Shown piece after piece: positions 33,293 through 64,000 of a DNA stretch of 64,000 bases. The stretch spans positions 11,684,468-11,748,467 of the forward strand of contig CAVNZM010000004.1 in assembly GCA_963693365.1 (NCBI GenBank). The letters are read 5' to 3'. The position numbers were made by a program, and so were the translations under genes. Under the pieces are notes generated by a model. That model made no database searches. It had not been told where the DNA came from and saw only the letters and a program-made list of their open reading frames with translations. Numbering within the stretch: position 1 is the stretch's first letter; the number at the start of each line of letters is the position of its first letter. The stretch comes from Amoebidium appalachense (Eukaryota; Protista; Ichthyosporea).

Positions 33293-33984
33293 CTGCCAAG
33301 AAATGCTCCATTATTACGTGTAAATAATATGCCTATTGAAGTACTTGTTCGTTTTCATCCCGTTTGACCTCTCTGCAAGTCATGCATCATAAAAGTCTAA
33401 CAGGGGAGCGCGCCGCAAGAACCAATCAACAAAGACTATAATACTCCGCCAGTAAAATCGTCGACTGGAACAATCTTGCACAAATCTAAACATACCGATC
33501 TGTCTCCTGCACAGTGTACCCTCGGTAGCACACGGTGTTGAGTCGTTGACCGTGCACTGCAGAGTGGCCCAGTTTCAACAACGCGTTTTCAGTGTCCAAG
33601 TTCAGCATAAACGAGCTTCCTTTGCACGAACATTTTGATGGCCTTCCCACGATTGTATGTAGGAACTGAAACTATTGTTCACCAAACCAAATGTCAAATT
33701 TCGTGAGGGTATGAACTTGATCTCTTGTTGATGTGAAAAGCTGTGTTGACCTCGGAAATTACACACCGCATCTCAGCATGTATGGTGGGTGAACAAACCA
33801 ACGGCCCGTTGATTTTTACCTCGAGCTCATTATCTGAGGTACTACAGCGGAAGCCTTGCTGATCCCCGGGTCAGGAGAAAACCACTCAGTCTGCCTGCCG
33901 ACCTCCTGCTTTACGTGTTCACTCACTGCAACACATGAAAGCCAACTACTGGTCGACGCCGTTCATTACCTTTATAACTGCATC

Positions 33985-43144
<9,160 letters not shown>

Positions 43145-43385
43145 TGGTGTAATGATAAGGGTGGATGTTTTCTGGCGGTATATGTTTTCCGTTTTCTCTG
43201 TTTTTTATAACTTTCTTTAACGAGCACTATTTTGTTAATGCGCATTCCATGTGTAGCTGTACTTACACTGGCGTTAGCACGTGGCAGTACCCGCGCACAC
43301 ACATGTGCAAGCACACGCATACAAAAGCACATCAAACATACACCTATGCACACATACACCCTCTCTCGATCTCTCTCTTGCGCAG

Positions 43386-43503
<118 letters not shown>

Positions 43504-44262
43504 ACACACACACACACAGACTTTGGTACATACAAGCAAACAAACACACTCCCTCGACGCATACACACCATGGGTGGCACACATGCGCTCACAAAATTCT
43601 GGGTTGTTTTTCTTCCATTTTATCCATTCTCATGGGGACAACTTACAAAAGCCCAAGTTAAACTCCTTTGAGAGGGAGTTTCTTGCGTGTTGCTGCCAGC
43701 TGTGTCCTGATAAAAAGACAATGCACGAAAGAAGTGAACTAGGGCTTGTTTGTATTTTACACCTTTGTTTTAGATTGTTTGAGGTTCCTTAGAGGGAAAC
43801 CCATTCAAGCACACGTACTATGATGTCACGCAGGTTCGTGCATTCAAGGCAAAGCTCGTCAGTTTTTTAGCACTCGTGTACATAGTAAGTGGTAGCTAAA
43901 GATTTACTTGATTAGCCAAGCACTTCAACTTTATTTATAAAGAAGTTAATGGCTGGGTGTCTAGTGTGCTAGCAATGACTATGGTGATATATTACCTAGT
44001 TTACTTGAAAAATGGGTTGCATATGCGCCCAATGTATTGGCTTTTAGTATTAGATTGGTGGTTGATTACCACCTATAGCAATAAAGATGGGATTCATATG
44101 ATTCATGTGGCTGGACCTGTGACCAAATGTAGAATGCAAGGGAACACCCACTCGTATTTTTTTTTTTTTCCGTGAGTCAACCTAGTGGTTCATACGTGAG
44201 TGTGTGTGTTGCGCGCGTGCGTGTGTGTGCGCGCGTGTGTGTCTGGGGCGGACGGGGGGGGA

Positions 44263-44297
<35 letters not shown>

Positions 44298-44386
44298 AGA
44301 TCTTAGTCGAGGGACTGTCTGGCTGGTTGTCAACCTTTAGGATCCACCTGTGCACCTGGATGGGGAAAGGGGTGAGGGAGAGACCC

Positions 44387-44418
<32 letters not shown>

Positions 44419-44475
44419 GGGGGGGGGGGGGGACATCGGCAGAGCCAACTTGGTTTGGGCCAGCAGTTCGGGCCG

Positions 44476-44672
44476 AATTATTCTGCGAAAAGTAGGATTG
44501 TTCTGCCAAAAGCAGGGGTATTCTGCAAAAAGCAGCACTATATTTGCTGCTAGAAGCAGGAATATTCTGCTTGGTGCAATTTTTTTCTGCTGCCGTGAGC
44601 AGAATAACTATGCCTTTTGTGGAATAATATTGCTAAAAGTAAAGCGATTCTGCAAAAGCAAAACAATTCTGA
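44476..44672. repeat. Degenerate ~20-bp tandem array of TTCTGC-AAAA-GCAG mini-palindromes
   Basis: ttattctgcgaaaagtagg, ttgttctgccaaaagcagg, gtattctgcaaaaagcagc, gctgctagaagcagg, gattctgcaaaagcaaa. Confidence 0.6.
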
Positions 44673-45157
44673 TCAGAGAGAACCAATTTGCCTGTGTTTT
44701 CGCAGACTGAGTTATTGTGCTTTTGGAGATTCTAAACAACTGTTACAAGCCAATCTCTCCCTCCTTCAGATAGATACCCACAGTAACCCGTCATCGATCG
44801 ATATCATGGGTGCAGGAAGCAAGATATGCACATATACGTCATATATATCTAGCCTATCCCCCTACCTCTAATGTGATTGTGAAGTGGGAAAAGATAGCAT
44901 ATCTATCTTCCTTTCTCCCCAGTGGCAGGCAGCTGTGTGTTTTGTGACAGGCAGCACCGGGGAGATTTGCAATATGTACAACCCCTCCCAGCAAGAGGTT
45001 CTCATCATACGGTACATATCTGACGATCTTCAGTGGCAGGCAGGCAGCCCGAGTGGGATACGTATACTTTGGCCTGGAATGCCAAAACTTCTGATTGGGC
45101 TATGTATGCTCACTCTTCCACGGAGTGTGACCTGCAACGTTTTAATTACCCATGGTC

Positions 45158-45197
<40 letters not shown>

Positions 45198-45268
45198 GTC
45201 CCCCCCCCCGCCCCCCCTCCCCCCCCCCCCTCCTAGGCCTAGGCCCGGGGTTCCCCGGGAGAGAAACA

Positions 45269-45544
<276 letters not shown>

Positions 45545-46607
45545 TTTTAAAGAGCATGCAGCACGTGCATGATCATATTGACCAATATGCATGTGTAAGA
45601 TTGCAAAACTTCGGATCGAGCATCCCTGCTAAGATTAGTCGTGTGCACACTAAAACGTCGACTTATGTAGTGCATGCATGCATGCATGGTGGCCATTGAA
45701 TCCTCAGCTCGGAAGCTTCGAATCACTATCTATGATGATCATGCTGATGATAGCGGTCATTTTGACGACTTGCACATGTGCAATATTGTACATGTAGAAC
45801 GCAAATATTGATACGGCCAAAAAAGCAGCGCGGCGTGCACATGGCCCTGGAACAAGTTCTGCTAACCACGTGCACGGGCCCGCGGAGCCTGGTCTTGGCA
45901 GGGCCAGCGCCGGCGCAGCGGTGGGCACTGGGATTTCACTGTGTGGCCCCACGGTCTTGCCTCACTGAGTCATCCAGACCGCAGGCCTATCATATGCCTG
46001 ATACTTCATGTGCGGTCGACGTGTGACTTTCGCCGTCCCAACATTGACGACGTATGCATGTACACAGCAAGGCCTTGGTACACAGCCGGGCAGTGAGAAG
46101 ACCAAGAAAACAAGAACAAGTACATGTGCAGCGTACGTTTCATGCCATGAACTGTAGAAGACAAACATCGAGACTCCTGGATTAGTTAATAGGCCTGGTG
46201 TTGAATGGCCTACCTTTAAAGAAAAATATTATCTTTCATCTTTTCCACAGTTTCTACAACACGAGTCTAAAACTTTGTGTTTCCTGATGACTATTTCTTG
46301 TGGTGGCTTATCGGCATCCATTCCTCAGCCATCCAGGCAACTTCAAGTTGTTGCAGTTGTGTAGTTGAGTGTGCATTTTTCGTCATCGAGTGTGGTTAGG
46401 ATAATCCAATCAGATGTCACCTAAAAAATCTTGGGATGATTGAAAGTCATAGAACAGTAATGACCTAGATAGCGATAAACAAATATTAAAATATAACAGT
46501 CCATACAACCATAATTAAACTTGTTATACCCGCTAAAACGTGAGCACAAGGCATCATGATATCGCCGTCGCTGTTCAGATCGCTTCATACCTGTCTCACA
46601 GAGTAGG

Positions 46608-46615
46608 TATAAAGA
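46608..46615 (+). promoter_or_regulatory. Candidate TATA box
   Basis: TATAAAGA ~130 bp upstream of the ATG at 46740, which has an A-rich context (aaaccATG). Confidence 0.45.
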
Positions 46616-46739
46616 GGGACCGCTCATCATGATCAGGACACAACAGGCAGGAAGCAAGGAAGCCTAATAATAGTCACTTCTCTCCACCTTACTTTTATAC
46701 GCACACACGCACACACAGACACACACACAAAACAAAACC

Positions 46740-48107
46740 ATGAAGTTCGAAACTTGGTCTCGCGCCCTGGTGCTGGCCGTCGCCGCCTGCTCATCGTCTA
46801 TCGAAGCCCTCCCTACGCGTCGCTCGGGAGGTGACGGGGTAGATTATGAATACCGTGGTGTGCACGCCCCGGGGAAAGAGGCCATTGCCCGACCCAGAAA
46901 CCTCCACTTTAAGAGCGCTTTTAGGCAGCCACTTGCTTACAAAGCCGACGGAGAGGAGGTGAAGGGCTATGATGAGGAAGGCCCCGTTGCCGTGTCAGCA
47001 GGGAAACGTGGGCACGGGCACGGTGGCAACAACCACGGATACGACCGGGAGGGTTATGATAGGGCGGGATACAACAGGGAGGGATACGATAGAGAGGGCT
47101 ATGATCGAAACGGGTGTGACGATGAAGGGTACAACGAGGAGGGGTATGAGTGCGGCCACAAGCCTCGTTTTCCAGCCACCAAGAGCGGAACTCCTCAGGG
47201 GAGGGCCCAGCCAGTGACCTCAGTGGGCTTGAACGTGAGCAACGAGGACGAGGAAGAAGCATTGGACGAAGGACTTGGGGAGGACGATGAGACGGCGGAA
47301 GGCGACTCAACGAACGTATACCCTGCATACAAGCCCAAGCCCACAACTGGCGCCAGTGCAACACAGGGGGCTGCACCCGGACCTGTTAAGGAGACCCCGG
47401 TGGTTAGAACACCCACACCTGCACCAGCACAAAACGCAGCACCGAGCGGACGTGCCGAGGATGAGGAGGAGGCTGACAGTGCTGATTCTGCAACCCCGAA
47501 ACCCTCCGCAATCCCCCAGTCTGCACCAAGCAGCAGTGCTGCTTCTCCCACCACAAAACCAACCGCAAGCCCCGTAGCAGCTCCAAGCAACAGTGTACCG
47601 AAACCCTCCGCAACCCTCAAACCCGCGCCGGCAAACCCCGCCTCGAGCGGGAATGTTGCTGAGGAGGATGAGGAGGTGGATGATGGTGAGTTGGAGGACT
47701 CGGAGAAGCCTGCAACCCCCAAGCCCACAGCAACCCCCAAACCTGAACCAAGCAATAGCGCAGTGGCGTCTCCGGTGAATACGGCAACACACACCACCCT
47801 CAAGCCCACAACACCTGCTAAGCCAAGCAGCGGCTCAGCGGGCAGCCACGATGGAGGCTATGATAGGGAGGGCTACGACAGAGAGGGTTATGATAGACAC
47901 GGATACGACAGAGAGGGCTATGACAGGGCCGGTTATGATAGGGATGGGTATGATGAGGAGGGTTATGATAGGAGGGGCTATGATAGAAAGGGGTACGATG
48001 AAGAGGGCTATGATAGGGAGGGGTATGATGGGAATGGCTGTGACGACGAGGGGTATGATAGGAGGGGTTATGAGTGTAGGGATACGAGGTACCACCAGCG
48101 GCACTGA
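46740..48107 (+). CDS. Secreted 455-aa GYDxx pentapeptide-repeat protein with a Pro/Thr/Ala/acidic linker
   Basis: Intronless ORF with signal peptide MKFETWSRALVLAVAACSSSIEA. Two GYD(R/E)(E/x) blocks have synonymously diverged codons, indicating selection at the protein level. Confidence 0.88.
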   Translation: MKFETWSRALVLAVAACSSSIEALPTRRSGGDGVDYEYRGVHAPGKEAIARPRNLHFKSAFRQPLAYKADGEEVKGYDEEGPVAVSAGKRGHGHGGNNHGYDREGYDRAGYNREGYDREGYDRNGCDDEGYNEEGYECGHKPRFPATKSGTPQGRAQPVTSVGLNVSNEDEEEALDEGLGEDDETAEGDSTNVYPAYKPKPTTGASATQGAAPGPVKETPVVRTPTPAPAQNAAPSGRAEDEEEADSADSATPKPSAIPQSAPSSSAASPTTKPTASPVAAPSNSVPKPSATLKPAPANPASSGNVAEEDEEVDDGELEDSEKPATPKPTATPKPEPSNSAVASPVNTATHTTLKPTTPAKPSSGSAGSHDGGYDREGYDREGYDRHGYDREGYDRAGYDRDGYDEEGYDRRGYDRKGYDEEGYDREGYDGNGCDDEGYDRRGYECRDTRYHQRH

Positions 48108-48996
48108 TAGTGAGAAAATGGTGGGGTGAGAGATAATATGATATCTTGATATCTGTTTTTCTGGAAAGTATGTTTGTTTGAGGTTGTTGCGTATTTCAAG
48201 GGGATAACATTTACATGTTCGGGCGTGGTTTTGAAGGCAACACTATCCGTAGTAAGATAGTTTTTGCATTCCTTTTTTTTTTTTTTCTTTTACTGTTCTT
48301 ATTGTTTATGAGCTTCACCTCCGTCTTTAGTTGGGTATTATAAAATAGTATGGAAGTACTAGCGACTGTGTAGTTTGCTGGTTCAATATACCAGAACAAG
48401 TTCTGCCCTTGTGGGATTGCGCTATAGCTATTAAAATAAATGATTACAAAAGCTCGCTGCTATATAGTTGTATAGCCGCACGTCGTCTCTCATATGAAAA
48501 CTCTGCAGGTAAACCCGGTATCTGTCGTATGCGCTGTCTTTTGGGGTTCATATGATAACACCCCCCCCCCCCCAAAAAAAAAAAAAATCCCTCTCTCTCT
48601 CTCCCCCCCCCCCCCCCCCCCCCCCCCGCCACCACTTAACACGCACACCCACCCATCCACCCACCCCCTACGCTTTCGTCCGCATTCCCTTCCAGTATCC
48701 ATGCGCTAACTGTATACACATGTAAATAGCCTCCCTTCCAGACCCCAATATTCCTACTTTTTTTTTTTTTTTTTTTTTCCGCCTTTTGGACGGTCTGACA
48801 ACATGATCCTCAGAATCTCATTCGTGTACGCAAGCCATCAAAAGCCAGATCTCTCTGAAGTGGTGCTCATGATCAAGCTGCTCGCTCCTATCTCTCACTG
48901 CTCCCTACCGTATGATCATTTTTTTTTCGTTCCATACAACGTCACTGAGACTCCTCCTTCTTGTCCTCCTTCCCCACCTCTACTCGGCCTCTCTGT

Positions 48997-49056
<60 letters not shown>

Positions 49057-49793
49057 AATCCACCCACCCCAACCCCCACCCCCACCCCCACCCCCTCCCC
49101 CCTTTTGGCCCCTGTTTACATAAACACACACACACAAAACCACACACGCAAACAGGTAGCTCCGTAGCTATCGCTCTAGGCAGCACGCCCCTACGCCTAT
49201 CATCTAACTCAGCGCTGCTGTTAATTTGTACACTTCAGTTAAATTGCTGCCGGGTTCCCCCTAGGCCTTAGCATTCGTGCTTGTGTCCACGCACCTGAGC
49301 TATCTGCCTCCCATGGTCCAAGAATATTCTCCCTCGTCTTTATGTAACATGTAGCTGCCAGCAGGTTTGGTGTGCGGCCTCGAGTTCAGATGTTTCCTAA
49401 GCTGATTCGGAATGCATCATGAATGCATCATGAAGGTGTACATGTGAAAAATGAGCGAAAATAAGGGCGGACTGTGATAAGCCTGTCTGCCCCTGGGGTG
49501 AGATCTTGCGCTACAGAGTGGTGGACCAATCATTTTGCTAGGATCGATTTTTTGGCGCCAAAAATTGTGATATCAGCTGAGCCCCTCTAGATTCTAAACT
49601 GGAACTTCGTGAACTGTTAGTAGGACAGTGTATGCCGTTAGAGAAAAGGTGTACCAAAAAGAGAAAACAGAGTACACGCATATGAGCACTTTGGTTTCTT
49701 TTATTACATGGTTACCACCGTGGCATCTAATCTGAGTTGGACCGTTGTGGGTAAAACTTGATTGAGGTAGTGGAGTGAGGAGTCACTGAGGAC

Positions 49794-61129
<11,336 letters not shown>

Positions 61130-62256
61130 TTGCGGAGATAGAATGTGATTTGGGCGACTGGGAATGTGCTATGATATTATGCACGTATATTTACGTACGA
61201 AGAGATAGCTATAGTTGTAAGTATGGTGAGCCTCTAACTCGTGAGGTTTGATGTAACAGCCGGTTTCTGAACAGAAACATACACAGGGGGCACAAACTGC
61301 CACACACTTGCACTTTGGAGTGCAGGGGCACACATGTCTGCGCATGCATTCGGGCATACCTATATACACATCACACACACACGCATACAATTGCAACACA
61401 CAGGCACACACATATATTCACGCGCACACATCATATATATGGCATGTATGGTTGCGGATACAACCCACGTGTACACACAGCAATTGTTTCTGAGCAGTTC
61501 TTATGTAGGTCAGTTGGTTTCATTTTTGCATATTAATGACGCTGCACGTGTAGTACTACATGTACAGCGAGCAAGGCACTGCCATGCTAAGCTTTGAATA
61601 ATAGTGTTTCTGTGAGAGCATTATACGATTACGATTCTTACTGATGATTATCAGTTTGTCGAGTCTCAGAACTCTCCACATATATATAATACTGGCCCTT
61701 TTGGTGGTGGGTAGATAATGACATTAGGAACAAAATAAATCCTCAGCATAAAGGCGATTATCATAATCGGCTGTTGCTTTCTATCGCACATGTGTTTAGG
61801 CGGTCGGTGCACACGATAATACTAATCATTTATAACAAGACGGAGCTTCTGGTTCAAGTGTCTGCAGGGAAAAGGGGGAGAATGAAGAAAAAATTGTTAG
61901 GGGGAGAAAAAAGGGGACGAAAAGGATAGCGGACGATCCCTCTGGCCAATTAAGTAAGGGTTTATCAAACATAACAAAAGAAGTGTTGAAAAAGGGATCT
62001 CGAGACTTCTGATGCAATAAAATACCAAATACATACTTTTTCAAGCAAAGAAGCATGCATGCTAGAATCAGTGTGCAACTATCCATTTAGATGAACAATC
62101 TGCATATTATTGAGGATGCACGTTGTCACCCGTAGCATGTCAAAGGCTTGCAGCTAAAATAGAAAATCTGTAGTGTGTGTGTGTGTGTGTGTGCTTATCC
62201 GGCGGTGAGTGGGTGAGTGTGCCTGCGTCTGTTCGTGTGTGTGTGTGTTCGTGTGT

Positions 62257-62296
<40 letters not shown>

Positions 62297-62392
62297 CTGT
62301 GTCCATGATCATTACAATACCTGTGTGTGCGTGCATGGTCACCGGGGAAAAAAGCTAGCAATTCCAAAGGACGAGTACGTCCAAAAACAACC

Positions 62393-63214
62393 TCACAATA
62401 GATGCCACACCTCCACCTGAACAATCTTAAAATCGCGCCTCTCCGTAAGCGGAGTATTGTTGTACGTTTCGCACTCATCCGAATGCCCAAAAAGCAACGA
62501 CTCGTCAAGCCACAGTCCATATTTCCCATCGCTCAAGCCCATATGAAGTGAATCGGGTTTCGCCATCATTACATAATCATTTTTTGCACTCCAACGGAAC
62601 GACTGAAATTGCGGCCGAGCAGTGAAAAGAAAAGATCCCCCCTGGCCCTCGTGCCTGTAGGTGCCAGTCAGGCAGAATGACGACGTGCAAAACCCCCCGA
62701 AAATGTTGCTATCTGCGTCCTTAATTAGCAGCACGCTGGGCTGAGGGTGCTCGCGGCATTGGCGATAGAGGGATTTGATCGAGTAGCCGTCACGGTATGT
62801 TGCGTAGGTCAGGTGCCAGTCTCGACCCTGCTCGGCATAGGGCAGTGCAGATGCAATCTGTACGCATACGAAAATTGGGCTGCTTAGATTTATGTCTTTG
62901 ATTGTGCACTGATGATATGCAAAAACGAAATAAACCTCCCAAACCCAAACCTAAACAGGGGTTTTTTTGTTACATGCAGGCCAAAAATCTCAGTATTCCC
63001 ATGGCAATGATGGCATATTTTGTTCAGTTCATCCAACAGCCCCACCTCACCATCCTTTGAGACACAAATGATGCTCCATACCAAAACCAAAATCGAGACA
63101 GGCACGCTACTGGTGCTTTTGACAAAGTGGGACCTCTGCGGATGTGACCGGCAGCAGGCAGGGGGGGGAGGGGGGGGGGGGGGGGAGGGGGGTAGGAGGA
63201 GACTTTTTTTTTTT

Positions 63215-63245
<31 letters not shown>

Positions 63246-63634
63246 GTTTCGTTACGTTTTTTGCCTCTTCCAGTGTGATTAGTTGGGAGGGTGGATCCAG
63301 ATTTATGGCCTCCCACGGCTCCTTCCAGAATTTAAGGTCGGCAGACACACACTCAACATCCTTTTTTGGTGCTGATACTTCCATATCGGGCAGTGCCACG
63401 TTAACTGTGACTTTTTTGATATCCATCGTGCCCATGTCATTCACTTCCTCCTCCGGTTCACTGTGAACAAAGGGTTTTTGGTGAGCCGTGATAAAGGGAA
63501 GCTTGGAATTTGGGTGGAGAAGAGGCTCCGAAGGTCATTCCGCCTGATTGAGTAAACGTTTTTCCTGCGCATGAAAGGGGAGAGGGTGGGGAGAAAAACG
63601 GTTGCATGGCTGACGTTTTTTTTTTTTTTTTTTT

Positions 63635-63665
<31 letters not shown>

Positions 63666-64000
63666 GGGGAGGAGGCATCCTGCGGGCTGGACACGAAAAA
63701 GAGCCGGGAGGCAACACAAAATGTGCATACAGGAAGCCCCACACGCACAAAGGTTCTAGCTTATGTATCCATAACAAATTGAAAAGAGGACGTGGTGGTA
63801 TTGACTCTGATTTTGTAGTTGTGTGTTTTACCTGCACGGGGTGGTGGGTTCTGTGCCGGTGCCAGATACTCGCCGGTCCATGTCCATGCCGTAGCGGGCA
63901 GAGGGCACATAGCCGTACAACCACGACCACCAGCTGCTGACACCACCAAGCCCGGCCTTGGCTTCGTGTTCTTGTTCCTGTTGAAGGGGTGCAGGTTCAG
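62393..64000 (-). CDS. OXR1: TLDc-domain protein (OXR1/NCOA7-like); 5' part lies outside the window
   Basis: Exons >64000-63832, 63460-63256 and 62857-62393 splice in frame. Motifs: ALP...DWHLTYATYRDGYSIKSLY...LLIKDADSNIFGGF...GSFLF...GKYGLWLDESLLFGHSDECETYNN..L....DFKIVQVEVW. Confidence 0.88.

Overview
Eukaryotic genomic DNA with GT-AG introns. The introns are packed with long poly(C)/poly(G) runs and (CA)n/(GA)n microsatellites, which create hundreds of spurious ORFs. Manual splicing gives nine genes: mitochondrial-type release factor 1 (minus, runs off the left edge), a BTB/POZ+WD40 protein, the ZNF598/Hel2 E3 ligase, SDHAF4, a DPY19 C-mannosyltransferase, a secreted 8-exon DUF885 protein, a secreted GYDxx pentapeptide-repeat protein, an orphan ~17-exon gene, and a TLDc/OXR1-like gene (runs off the right edge). 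The most striking unexplained signal is a non-coding interspersed element with two diverged subfamilies (7 copies at 5 loci). All copies share a fixed 3' end (...GCATTCAAA or a 1-nt variant) abutting poly(C) and have variable 5' ends. The element carries a conserved, covarying, pseudoknotted RNA fold with hammerhead-like core segments in non-canonical order, which makes it a candidate poly(C)-targeted structured SINE or retrozyme-like system. Other notable items are a helically phased CArG-box array in a divergent promoter, a long inverted-repeat hairpin, and duplicated splice sites. The organism cannot be determined from sequence alone; a unicellular holozoan is a guess.
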